Origin: Calcarisporiella thermophila CBS 279.70
Taxonomy: Eukaryota > Fungi > Calcarisporiellomycota
Assembly: GCF_041956535.1 (NCBI RefSeq)
Contig: NW_027192202.1
Coordinates: 459,474-523,473 of the forward strand
Length of the DNA stretch: 64,000 nucleotides
Direction of reading: 5' to 3'
A model generated the notes under the pieces. It was not told the origin of the DNA and did no database searches. It was given only the letters and a program-made list of their open reading frames with translations. This document shows, in pieces, positions 25,211-36,363 of the stretch. How positions within the stretch are numbered: the stretch's first letter is position 1; each line of letters begins with the position of its first letter. The position numbers were made by a program, and so were the translations under genes.

Positions 25211-28200
25211 ATGGAGAGGGCCTGCATGACGACATGCCGGCGCAGAACAAGGAATGCAAGAGATATATTATCATTGCGTAGACCTCTTAACGACTGCCCG
25301 AGTCTAGTCCTCTTTAATCTTCTTTTCGCGGCAGCACCCATCCCGAAGCGGAGTGCATCCACTGCGACCTTTATCAATTATGGTCGGATTGCCGAGAGAT
25401 TGCCCTCACAATTCGGTTCCACAAGATTTAAAGTGTCAACCTCATCTCCAATCCGCACTAACCCGACAAGAGTAGCAATTCTAGGAGAGAAAGCGTATCG
25501 GCGTACAGCATCCAGAAAGAATTTCTTCCAGGATTGTATGAGAAAGTCATTGGATCTGTTTCCAATGCGATTTGGACATGATCGGCACAGATTACACGCT
25601 TTTGAGAGTTGCTCAGTTGCTCCACTGTCACCTATAAGTGTCCGTTCAATCACAACATTACGAAGTAATCACGCAAAGGCCACCGAGAGATGGGTGAATG
25701 TGGAACATATTGTGGAGAGCGGGAGTGGTAAAAATGAGAAAAATTGGCACCGGAACCGACAGCTACGCTCGTTGAGCCCTGCCGATCGAGTAGCAATAAC
25801 GCGACTCATGACATTAGCGCGTGATGAATTTGCTTTTGACGAGCGTGTGTGGAGCGCATATCTGAATATATCCAGCCGAAATCTTGTCAAGCACCTAAGT
25901 CTGAATGACTATCGCGTTTTATTTTGGAGGTTTGGTCTGCCGCGAGCACGAGACGATCCTTCCGTCAGCATCGCTCGGTTGGAACACATGATCCAAGACT
26001 TGCATACAAATAATATCCGGCTACCACTCGTCGCCACTCGCATTCTCATACGGACACATATTAACCTCGGGAATCACACCAAAGCGTTGGCTCTCCTTGA
26101 AGATGCGATGGAGCGGGACGGGATCGATGTAGGAATAGTGCTGTTCCGGAGGGTGGTCAGTGCGTTACTTGCGAACAACATGTCCCGCACTGTACTTCGG
26201 GTGTTCGAAGGCCTCTTTCGAAGAGGTGTTTCCCCAAGCGCTGAATTATATCAAAAGCTCCCGCTGGCATTACATGGATTGGAGGATTCAGCAGCCGCCT
26301 TCCACTGGTATGAGCGGCTGTTGAAGGATCCCTCCATAAAATTGGAGGTTCAACTATTCAAGGAGATGTTGGCATATCTTACGGAAGCGGGGGATGTTCC
26401 TCGCGCACTACGGGTGTTTGAGGAAATGGGTGCACGTGGACACAAGCGGGATCTGCTTGTATACTCCTGGCTAATCCATAAGGTTGGCCTTTCGGGCGAC
26501 CTGTCGCGTGCCGAGGCTCTCTTCGAACAGATGCAAAGCGAGCGCATTTGGCCCAACCGCGTCATTTACAATTCGCTCATCAACGCATTCGCAAAACATG
26601 GAGACTTAGAGAATGCCAACCGTATTTTCAACCTAATGAAGCTCCACGGAACCACGCCATCGGTTTTCACCTATGGACCCCTGGCAGATGCCTTTGCCAA
26701 ACGAGGAGACACGGAAATGGTGCAGCGACTCTTCGACCACATGATTGAAAGCAAGATTCGGCCGAATGAGTACGTATTCAGTTCGTTGATCGAGGTACTC
26801 GCAATCCACGACGACTTGGAGTCTGCCATTCGTGTTTTCAAGCAGATGCCGGGAGAGGGGGTTGATCCTAACGTCGTCACCTACAACTTGCTTGTGAGGA
26901 GCTTTATCCGCCGTGGGGATACCGATGCTGCGTGGCGTGTTTTCCAGAGCATGATAAGAGCGGAAATAACCCCGGACGAATTAACCTTTGCAACGCTGAT
27001 TTCGATGTATGCACAGCGCGCCGACATCGAGGGGGCAAACTACGTTTTTCGCCAGATGCGTACCTCGGGCGTGATGCCCGGAGTGCACATCTACTGCTCA
27101 CTGATAAATACATATGCGAGGGCCTCGGATTTGTCGGGCGTGGAGATGATCTTCCAGGAGATGCAAGCGAACGGCGTGCGGCCTAACATCAATGTATTTA
27201 ACACCATCCTGAACGCTTATGCACAACACGGGGAAATGGACCGAGTGCTGCAGCTGCATAAACAGATGCTTCGGATGGGCATTTCTCCCGACGTGTATAC
27301 CTACTGCTGTTTAATGGAGGGCTATGTGGTTAGAGCCTCCATTGACTCCGCCATGGAGCTTTACGAGTCGATGCTCTCGGCGGGAGTGTCCCCGAATGTG
27401 CATGTATATACGGTGCTGATAAATGGGCATGTTCGCGCGGGAAACTTTCGCGAGGCAAAGGTACTGTTCGATCGGATGATTTCTCAAGGAATCCAACCAA
27501 ACTACATCACGTATGCAGTGCTGATTGATGGATATGCGCAGCATGGAAATTATGCCGTGGCACGCCAATTCCTTCAGCGACTGCTCAAAGACCCGCGCGC
27601 CGTGCGTGACACCAACAATAACAGCTCCGCCCCTGCTCCAAGCAGTGTCACACCGAGAGGTGGCACGGTGAATCGTCCTCAACCCCCCGCCTTTGTGTTT
27701 GCTCCCCTGATCAACGCGTATGGAAAACGCCAAAATACTCAGGCTGCACGGCAAGTGTTTGAGGAAATGTGTGCGGCGGGAGTCGTCCCCGATATACAGA
27801 CTTATGCTTTGCTGATGGATGCATATCGCCGCGGTGGTGATTTGGAGGGTGTACGTAATCTATGGTACACTCTGGGAGGACCTCCGCCCATGACCAACGG
27901 TAAAAAACGGCCGCCTTCTTCATCGCGCCGTTCGTTGCCTTCCCCCATGGTCCTTTCAATCTACCTGGATGCACTCGCTGCACATCACTGCACAGAGGAC
28001 ATTTTGTCCACATGGAGCACGCTCGAACAGCGCAACTTCGCTTTTGATTCGCATAACATCAACCACTATGCAGTTGCTCTGATGCGGTGCCATTTGGTGG
28101 AAGAAGCATGTCGCGTAGTGGATGAGAAGCTCTTGGGTGGATATTCTCAGGTCAACTATGGGGTAGAGGTGGGAAAGAGAGGTTTAGCGAGTCCCTTCGT

Positions 28201-28540
28201 ACCGCATTCAACCACGCTGGATACCCTAGCAATCGCGTTTTCATTCCTGAAGATTGGTCGGTGGCCCCCCCCGCCTTCTGTACCACTGGTGAGGTATAAA
28301 AACCGGGACGATACCGCTTTCGAGGTTGACGAACAAACTGAAGAGGAAGTTGGCCACCGACAGGTTGCGACGGCTGAGCGGAGGAGCAAGGTGGAAGAGC
28401 CACGGCCGTTACCATACGACGAGGCCATTGCCCTCTGGAAGCGCATTCGACAACAGTTCCCTCGTTTGATTGAGGTGGTGGAACAAAGGATGATGTTGAA
28501 GAATACTCCACGAGAGGATGGATACCGTATGCGACACTAA
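25211..28540 (+). CDS. Pentatricopeptide-repeat (P-class PPR) protein, probably mitochondrial; intronless; true start uncertain
   Basis: A contiguous tract of about 11 35-aa motifs such as VVTYNLLVRSFIRRGDTDAAWRVFQSMIRAEITPD, plus flanking degenerate repeats. Arg/Ser-rich N-terminus. Confidence 0.92.
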   Translation: MERACMTTCRRRTRNARDILSLRRPLNDCPSLVLFNLLFAAAPIPKRSASTATFINYGRIAERLPSQFGSTRFKVSTSSPIRTNPTRVAILGEKAYRRTASRKNFFQDCMRKSLDLFPMRFGHDRHRLHAFESCSVAPLSPISVRSITTLRSNHAKATERWVNVEHIVESGSGKNEKNWHRNRQLRSLSPADRVAITRLMTLARDEFAFDERVWSAYLNISSRNLVKHLSLNDYRVLFWRFGLPRARDDPSVSIARLEHMIQDLHTNNIRLPLVATRILIRTHINLGNHTKALALLEDAMERDGIDVGIVLFRRVVSALLANNMSRTVLRVFEGLFRRGVSPSAELYQKLPLALHGLEDSAAAFHWYERLLKDPSIKLEVQLFKEMLAYLTEAGDVPRALRVFEEMGARGHKRDLLVYSWLIHKVGLSGDLSRAEALFEQMQSERIWPNRVIYNSLINAFAKHGDLENANRIFNLMKLHGTTPSVFTYGPLADAFAKRGDTEMVQRLFDHMIESKIRPNEYVFSSLIEVLAIHDDLESAIRVFKQMPGEGVDPNVVTYNLLVRSFIRRGDTDAAWRVFQSMIRAEITPDELTFATLISMYAQRADIEGANYVFRQMRTSGVMPGVHIYCSLINTYARASDLSGVEMIFQEMQANGVRPNINVFNTILNAYAQHGEMDRVLQLHKQMLRMGISPDVYTYCCLMEGYVVRASIDSAMELYESMLSAGVSPNVHVYTVLINGHVRAGNFREAKVLFDRMISQGIQPNYITYAVLIDGYAQHGNYAVARQFLQRLLKDPRAVRDTNNNSSAPAPSSVTPRGGTVNRPQPPAFVFAPLINAYGKRQNTQAARQVFEEMCAAGVVPDIQTYALLMDAYRRGGDLEGVRNLWYTLGGPPPMTNGKKRPPSSSRRSLPSPMVLSIYLDALAAHHCTEDILSTWSTLEQRNFAFDSHNINHYAVALMRCHLVEEACRVVDEKLLGGYSQVNYGVEVGKRGLASPFVPHSTTLDTLAIAFSFLKIGRWPPPPSVPLVRYKNRDDTAFEVDEQTEEEVGHRQVATAERRSKVEEPRPLPYDEAIALWKRIRQQFPRLIEVVEQRMMLKNTPREDGYRMRH

Positions 28541-29011
28541 TAGAGCTTTATTATAATAGCGTTTTCCCCCTTAATTTGGCGTTTAGATTTCGGTCTACCT
28601 TTATATTTTCTTTCATCCCGAAACTTGTATTATTTCTTTCTATTTTTTTTTCTCCTCCTTTTTCTCCTTCTCCTCTAGACATTCAAGCTTCTTGTAAAAT
28701 TTTGCTGACAAAATATGACTATATCTAATTTGAACGAATTTTCTCTTCCCAAGACTCGCGTCCTCAATTTCATTCGAATTAAAGGGACTTGCCAAATGCA
28801 AACGACAAACTCTTGCTGGTGGATTCCTTCTACGCTGGATTTTCTTTCCAAGCGATCGAGTTTTTTCAATGGCACAGGAAAAGCATCGCTTGTGTTTTTA
28901 AAAAGAAATTAACAAAAATTTTTGCTACATGTCCCCTTTTAACCAGATAACTTTATTAACATATAATAGATTGTAATATATGAAAAAAAAAAAGAAATTT
29001 AAGAGTTCTAC

Positions 29012-30847
29012 TCAAAAGCTTGTCCATTCGTCATCTTCCCACCCATCTTTGCGCCTGGTTCGCGTCTTCCTCAAACTCGACTGTCCAGTTGGTGTACGCG
29101 GCCGGGCCATGGTCGAGTTGACGGAAGGAGAGAGGTGTGTTGAGGATGAATCACTGCTGACAGCGGATTTCGAGAGAAGAGGGGCCGAGGAATTCTTCTG
29201 TTGATACAGATGCGTCTCAAAGAAATCCTCTTCGGTCTCTTCAGCGCTACCGTTCACCGATACATACCCCACCCCTCTATAGGTGCTACTTCCGGAGCGA
29301 GATGGCCCCCCCTCCTGGTTGAGGGCCTGTCCCACCATCTGCCCAAGTCTTGAGGTGCCATCCTGCACCGTCTTGCTAAGGGCGGATACATATCCCTGTA
29401 GTTGGTTCTGAAAATTTGGATCCCGCACGGCCTCCGTTGTCGGGCGGATCATGTGCTCATTTGCCATTTGTGAAAGCTCTTGTGCCCCAACAGCGGCCTT
29501 GCGTGCACCCTCGAGGGCGACGGAGGAGAGTGCCTGCGCGCCCACCGAGAGGAGTGACCAGCCTTTTGACAGAGCCTCCATCGGATCATTTAGGATATCC
29601 TGTACCTCGAGATTCGGTTTGTTATTTGGACGATCAACTAATGAGAGATAAAAGAGTCAACTCCATGGCTACAGCCTCTTCAGCAGAGAAGAAGAGCCTT
29701 ACAGGCTGGGTTTCCGAAGCCTCCGTATTTTCCACCCTGGCTAGGGGGCAAGTGGCTACAACGATGCCAAATGACATAGATTAGTAGGGGCATAAAGTCG
29801 AGAGGAAATGCAAGCGACGGGGATCACATACTCAGGACGATTGCTATTCTCTGATCCAAGACGGCTGAAGAATGCCTCGTTGCGCGCTTTATCCGACTCA
29901 AACCCCCCGCTTCCGCCAGCATAGCCCCCCGAGTTTTCATTTCCAAATCCACTGGAGGAAAGCGAACGCTGGGCGGGAGAAAGAGGACGACTATTGGAAG
30001 AGCCGGGACGCAGATTAGGGAGAGAAGAGGAAGAGGAGTTCCGTGTAATATTGGAGGATGTGACGGGTTTTTTCGCCGTGCCAGGCACCCACTTACGGCC
30101 CTCACACTCTGCCGAAAGCTGCCAAAGAGAGTGGTGAGGAAGGGAAAAGCCATTAATTTAAGGTTGGGATTTCACAGGTGCTTATTATGTAAGAAATACT
30201 TTTTCACGGTATTCAGCAGCAAATTGGCTGTGATATTTTTCATGCAGTGACATACCGGCGTGGAAATCAGGCTGAGACTCAAAGAAGTCAAGGGCTTTTC
30301 GGTTTCCACCCATCTAGAGGTCAAGCCAATAGAAGGATGTAGATGCTAAGGATTAAAACGCTGCCTACAGTAGGGTGAATCGAAGAACAGAAGTTACCTT
30401 CATCTTTTTTACTTGGTCCTCAAACCATTTATCCATTGTAATTGATCTGACAAAGCTAATGTACACAAAGGGCATGTAAAACCTTTAGCAAATGCTACAA
30501 AGAGCTACCGCTTAATTGTTTCGACTCTCCACGGGGAAGTCGAAAATTCCATTTATTAACAAACCTTATGTGGACACCAAACGATCGATGAACTCCAGAG
30601 CAATCTAAACAAATGAATATCCCATGATTGACCGAGGCCCATTGCGGATTGGGCGCACCGCAGTCTATGCAAGACTGTAATGGAGGGAAAAATTGCAGGA
30701 TGAGTATAATTAGAAGGGGGTCCAATGGTTGACCAGAACTTCAGCACATTTGCAAAGCAAAATACATTTGGCCTACTTATCGGCGCCTACCTTATTATCA
30801 TCTTGTCTCTGTAAATCGAGCAGAATCGATTTATATTCTGCTGCCAT
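29012..30847 (-). CDS. GCS1: ADP-ribosylation factor GAP, Gcs1/ArfGAP1 type, multi-exon
   Basis: [50 protein letters not shown]-like LSKGWSLLS segment and C-terminal [10 protein letters not shown]. Confidence 0.92.
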
Positions 30848-31827
30848 CGAACCGCGGGGTTTCTTGATTTAATCTAATAAGATGAGAAAGTAAAAATAAA
30901 AAATTGGTCCATTAATTTTAATGGCGAGGCTTCCAAAATAATTTGATCATTTGTATTCCCTCTTTATTTTTTACCTTTTAATTAACGAGTTCAGCCTATT
31001 TTTAATCCCGGACATTCATATCCCATCGTATTACTCTACGGTTTTCATGGAAACAGAGATGTCCCCTTCAGAACTAATCCGTGGAAAACAAATTATCGTG
31101 CTGGAATAAACAATACCAAAATTAAATAATTCCAAGTGTAGAGAGGAGAGCTTGAGCAAATACTCAGAAAAATGGATTGTTCACACACGTTCAAGGTAAA
31201 GGAACCTTCGATGGTCTGTGAATCATTTGCAGCTCTCCGCGCACCATAGTTGCAACTCTTTTTGAGAAAAAATAATGAGTTTAGACATAGCCAAAGTAGA
31301 TTACAAAAGATAGAAGCACCAATATTGTACTTTATTGTGGTTACTCGAAAACATTCTTTCGGATAAGTTTTACATATATTAGCGAAGTGATCGAAGGCTC
31401 CTTGAGTTAAGGAAAGCCTCCTTAAACTCTCTGCGTTTACTTTTTGAATAGAGTTTTTTTTGGATAGCAGTGTCATTTTATTCAGTTCACACATCTGTCT
31501 AATATTTTGCCCATTAAAAGAAATTTGTTTGCACTTTTGAATTCGCTTTAGCCCTTTTTTCATCTCGAGTAAACAAGGGATAAATGCACTGAACCCCAAT
31601 ACTGAATATAACGTATCTTTACATAGGCAATCTCATACTTTTTAATAAGAAAAAATAACAGTCTATTGTGGAATAAATAATGCTAGGGAATGCTGGGTTG
31701 AGATAATGCGAAGCGATGTTATAGGGAAAGGAGGGAAATAAAAAAAAAAAGAGTATCCAGGGTGAGAGAAAAAGCACAGTTGTGTATTTATACAAAATGC
31801 TATAAATGAGAGTAGAGAGAAATAAGA

Positions 31828-31851
31828 GGGGGAGGGAGGGAGGGAGGGAGG
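31828..31851 (+). repeat. (GGGA)n tract, G-quadruplex-competent
   Basis: GGGGGAGGGAGGGAGGGAGGGAGG immediately past the Sel1 gene stop codon. Confidence 0.7.
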
Positions 31852-31869
31852 ATAAGGAAGTAGCGACAA

Positions 31870-34002
31870 TTATGCTGCAGCCGGACAGTGCGGGTAATAG
31901 CTCACTGCAAATGCATCCATGCATTCCTTCTCGTCGACAATTACGTTCAGTCCATTCGAAAGACACGCCCGAGTCAAAAGACGGCGTAGTCTCTCGTGGC
32001 TTGAGCGGCAACCACCAGTCGCCGCACGCTGGAACCAGAACATGGCTTCTTCGATATTAACGGCACAGCCAACCCCGCGCTCAAGGCAGTCAGCAAGGTG
32101 GTACTGGGCAGGAAGATGGTCTTGCTCTGCAGCTTTGCGGAAGTATTGCACAGCAAGCGGCAGATCCTGCTGAACACCCAAGCCAAGTTGGTAGTGACGT
32201 GCGAGCTTGTCTAAAGCACGCGCGTGTCCTTGTGCGGCTGCCTTTTTGTACCACTTGACGGCAAGTTTATCGTCGCGAGGGACTCCAATACCTTGACTAT
32301 AGCAATAGCCAAGGTTGCATGCTGCCCACGGGTTAGCCTGGCGCGCACTCTTAGCGTACCAGTAGACGGCGCGCTTCGGGTCCTTCACTGTTCCGATGCC
32401 CTCCTCGTAGCAGTACTGTAAGCAAAGAATAAAAATCACCCAGTTAGTATCGACAATGACGGTCACACCTCCAAAACAGGGATACTCTACCCCAAGCGAA
32501 TTTTGTGCCAATGCATTGCCTTGCTCTGCTGCAAGCGTGAACCAGCGCACAGCCTCGACGTCGTCTTTTTCTATCCCGATAGCATTTCGGTAGCAATATC
32601 CGAGGGAGAGTTGAGCGGGGGAGTGGCCGTTGTTGGCCGACAGACGATACCAGCGTACTGCTTCCCGCTCATCACGCTCAACGCCAATTCCGTTCTGGTA
32701 GCAGTACCCGAGCGAATGATACGCGAAGATGTTTCCTCGTTCCGCGCTGCGGCGATACCACGCGACGGCTTCCTTCTCATCCCGAGGGACACCGATCGCA
32801 TTCTGGTAGCAAAAGCCGAGATTGTGCTGTGCGCGGGCGTGGCCCTGGAGGGCGGCCCGTCGGTACCAGTACACGGCACGCTCGTGGTCCCGCTCTACGC
32901 CAATGGCATTCTGGTAGCAATAGCCAAGATTGCACTCGCTCCATGGATATCCTTGCTCAGCACTCAACTTATACCATCTTGCCGCCTCAGAGGGGTTACG
33001 CTCCACTCCAATGCCATCCTCATACAAATAACCGAGCGAGTTTTGTGCGAACGCGTTCCCCAACTCTGCGCTCTTACGATACCAATGCACCGCCATTTTT
33101 ACATCACGCTCCACGCCAACTCCCTCCTCGTAGCAATATCCAAGATTATACATCGCAACACTCTCGCCTTGCTCTGCAGCGAGACGATACCACCGTAGGG
33201 CCTCGGCTTCATCCTTCTTCACGCCGAAGCCTTCGCCATAACAGTACCCGAGGATACCCTGCCCGCGGGGGTGGCCCTGCTCGGCCGCCTTTTTGTACCA
33301 CTTGAATGCTTCGCGCTCATCGCGCTCGACACCCACTCCGTCGTGGAAACATACCCCCAGCGCATACTGCGCCGCCGGGTGATTTTCAATCATGCCTGCC
33401 TCGCACAGCCAGGCCAAGGCGGACTTACCCTGCTGTCGCACCTTCTCCTGCCATTGGTCGGCCTCGACTCGGTCGATCCGCACCCCAGGCCGTCCATATT
33501 TGCGTAGAAACGCCATGCGTGCTTGGGATAGGCCGCAGCCGCCCCGGCAGGCGACGAGGTATTCCCGCTCGGCCGCCGCAAAATCGCACTCGACCCCCAG
33601 GCCAAACTCGAGGCAGAACCCGAGGATGCCGTGGGAGAGGACATGGCCCAGCTCGGCCGCCTTGCGGTAGTAGACCACTGCGAGCACCGGGTCCTGCGGA
33701 TAGGGCGCCCGCCCAAAAAGATAGGACTGGGCAATGGTGAAGAGGCGGAGGGCATCCTGTTGGCAAACCGCGGTGGTGAGCTGCACGTCCTGCGGATAGG
33801 GGAGGTTGAGGTGGAGCTGGCGGGATCGGGTGCGGGGCTGGAGGTGGGTTCGACGGCGACGCTCAACTATGGGGTGGCCCATGGGAGGCTCGAGAGACTG
33901 GCGGCTGATACGGTGCACGACCGAGAGGAGGGCCTTCTTGCCGGGGCGAAAAAAATGGGAAATACGAGAGGGGTTATTACTTGTTTGAACCATTTCACTC
34001 AT
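31870..34002 (-). CDS. Sel1-like repeat protein (~15 repeats), with one in-frame 75-nt intron at 32416-32490
   Basis: Repeated 36-aa AQxxLGYCYxxGxGVxxDxxEAxxWYxxAAEQG units. The 25-aa insertion in repeat 12 is bounded by GTAGAG...TTACAG. Confidence 0.92.
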   Translation of the reverse strand: MSEMVQTSNNPSRISHFFRPGKKALLSVVHRISRQSLEPPMGHPIVERRRRTHLQPRTRSRQLHLNLPYPQDVQLTTAVCQQDALRLFTIAQSYLFGRAPYPQDPVLAVVYYRKAAELGHVLSHGILGFCLEFGLGVECDFAAAEREYLVACRGGCGLSQARMAFLRKYGRPGVRIDRVEADQWQEKVRQQGKSALAWLCEAGMIENHPAAQYALGVCFHDGVGVERDEREAFKWYKKAAEQGHPRGQGILGYCYGEGFGVKKDEAEALRWYRLAAEQGESVAMYNLGYCYEEGVGVERDVKMAVHWYRKSAELGNAFAQNSLGYLYEDGIGVERNPSEAARWYKLSAEQGYPWSECNLGYCYQNAIGVERDHERAVYWYRRAALQGHARAQHNLGFCYQNAIGVPRDEKEAVAWYRRSAERGNIFAYHSLGYCYQNGIGVERDEREAVRWYRLSANNGHSPAQLSLGYCYRNAIGIEKDDVEAVRWFTLAAEQGNALAQNSLGVEYPCFGGVTVIVDTNWVIFILCLQYCYEEGIGTVKDPKRAVYWYAKSARQANPWAACNLGYCYSQGIGVPRDDKLAVKWYKKAAAQGHARALDKLARHYQLGLGVQQDLPLAVQYFRKAAEQDHLPAQYHLADCLERGVGCAVNIEEAMFWFQRAATGGCRSSHERLRRLLTRACLSNGLNVIVDEKECMDAFAVSYYPHCPAAA

Positions 34003-35261
34003 GAGATAAGCGGTGGGTTAGGAGAACGGAAGAAGAGAAAGAAGACTAGTGAAGTTGAACGGAAATAAGGAGTCGGAAGAGGGGAGGGGGGAAGGAGTGT
34101 AAGGGCCAAGGTGATCTAGTGTTAGACAGGGGAAGGGGGGGGAGTGTCTTTTTTTTTGTATAGTGCCTGCGGAAGAGGACGAGGTGTATATATTTGCAAC
34201 AAAAACACAACAGAAAAGAGAAAAAGGCAGAAAAAAATCAGGGGGAAAGGGGAAATAAAAGAGTGTAGCGAAGACTGAGTGGTTAAATAAAATATTGGGT
34301 TTACTCCTTGTTTTTCACCCTATTTCGGGGTGTATTTTATTGAATCATGAGCGGTGTACACCAATCGGGAAAGCGTTGGTCGAACCGCACAAGGTTTTGT
34401 TTGGAAATATTTCATTAGCAGCGAGTGCGAAAACACGGATTCTAAAATAAAAGGGTATGGCAAAATTTAAGAATTATAGCGGTTGTGTAAGATCGCAACT
34501 GAGTTGTGCAAACCCGGTTTCTGTAGGATGAAACAAATAAATTGAAGTCGACGTAGAATTCTAAGACGAAAGCATCGGCTGCAGGCAGCGAGGAACTGGC
34601 TGCCGGCTACGGCGGCTCCAGCTTTTCCCACATGAAAAGGAAAACAGTCCTGTTCTATTTTCAAGGTGGATGCATTTTTTTTTTCCGCTTTGTTCTTGGT
34701 GCCTAACTGCTGAATGGAGAGTGTTTGAGACCTGCGGCCGGTCCGAGCGTACACGCGAGTTTCATTCTAAAACCATGATGTGAAATAATAAAGCGATTAT
34801 CAAGTCAGCTTTTATAAAGTCAGAACGCTCGACGTAAGGACCTTTCCGCTCTTGTCGTCCTTTTTTCCCCCTTCGGTCAGTCATACCAATTGGAACTCTT
34901 TCACATCTGAGCCATAAAGTGACAAGCCCGCCACTAAAAACCATGACAATAGCAAGAATTGGAGTGGCTCCCTATCAGAAACATGTTTTCTATTTGAGCA
35001 ACGTGAACTATCGATGACGATGATGGTGTGTAAGTTAAAGTGAAATCATACTAAGCATAAAAGCGCCCCTCTCCCCCCCCCCTCCCCTCACGCAGAGCTT
35101 CTTAACCTCTCCGCTGCTTTATATATATTTTAGAGGAGCACAAGCAAACAAAGCCAAGCAAGAATAGATATATCTATATGTATGTATGTATTTGTATTTG
35201 TATTTTTAGGTTGTGTTTAGGGGTAAGCGTGTAAAAGTACAAACGAAACTATACAAGGTTA

Positions 35262-35729
35262 TCAGGGTAGACCCTTTGGGACCGAAGGAAGGGGTCCCAA
35301 CTTCTCCATTGCCTTTCGTGCCTCCATCCTCTCCTTCTTGAGCCTAATCTCCCGCTCCCGTAGGTAAAAAATGTTCCTGTTCAGAATAAATTGGTTGCTC
35401 TTGGGCAGCGGTGGGGGAGGGGAGGTTGCCTCCTTCTCATTCCCCGTCTGCTTCTCCTTCTCGCCTTTGGTCTCTGGTTTATCCTTTGTAGACGCTTCCG
35501 CACTTTCATCTGGCTTACTTGTCTCCCTTGCGTTGGCACTTGGGGATGATGGAGCGGGAGGGGGCACTGGTGTACAGAATCCTCGATCATCCAGATGTGA
35601 ACCACATACATAAAACCAATCCGTCCCTGCCTCATTGGCGAGAAATGTTTTAACCAGTTTGTTGCATATAAAACAAGGACGCTCCGCTGAGGTTGCTGTG
35701 CGACGGATATAGAGGTTTGGTAAGGACAT
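35262..35729 (-). CDS. VFA1: Vps4-associated protein Vfa1-like (DUF1742)
   Basis: NLYIRR..ERPCFICNK...DWFYVCGSHLDDRGFCTP, then FILNRNIFYLRE and C-terminal LPSVPKG. Confidence 0.8.
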   Translation of the reverse strand: MSLPNLYIRRTATSAERPCFICNKLVKTFLANEAGTDWFYVCGSHLDDRGFCTPVPPPAPSSPSANARETSKPDESAEASTKDKPETKGEKEKQTGNEKEATSPPPPLPKSNQFILNRNIFYLREREIRLKKERMEARKAMEKLGPLPSVPKGLP

Positions 35730-36363
35730 GCGGGGAAGGAGAGGGGAGGAAAGTGAGATTCGATCTTGAGAGGGCCGCTAGTACCAAGACAAGTTTTGGA
35801 TCCACAATCTTAGTTGTGACTGCGCCCCCTCATAAGGTTTGGAAAGAGGTCAACACATGATTTTGAAGTATTAATACCGTGTAACCAAGATACAAGCAAA
35901 CAGCACAGCCAATCTGGCAATAGGATACACTAGATATAAAAATTGTCTCCAAAGCAGCTGCAAGGAAGTGGACATAAATAATAAGGCAAGAAATAAAAAA
36001 AAAAGACAGATATAAAAACTACAAGAAGATATTCACAACCTTCTTTTAAATGCATTATATATCGAATGAACATGGTTGCTTCAGTTGATGTGGGGAGGGA
36101 GGTGGAGGTGGGGAGAGGATAAGGATGAGACCAAAAAAGTTCTAGAAGTAGTCTCTCACGTCGGAGTCATCGAGGTCAGTGGTGGAGAATGCTACAGCCT
36201 ACGAGTTATTCATTTAGTCGAGTTTAAGCGATAACGCAAATGAGTAGAAGTGGATAGAAGAATGTCCCGATGCGAAACCGCGTATGAAAACATTTTTTCT
36301 CTTCGGCACAGAAAGAACGCCAATGATACACGTCACAGTGCAGTCGATAGCACCCGATGGCTA

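Noticed and set aside
31093-31599. 168-aa minus-strand ORF in an AT-rich spacer
   Set aside because: Non-ATG start, no motif and no convincing splice model. Not supportable without a homology search.
32503-34068. Many overlapping ORFs across the Sel1 gene
   Set aside because: By-products of high GC content and repeat periodicity.
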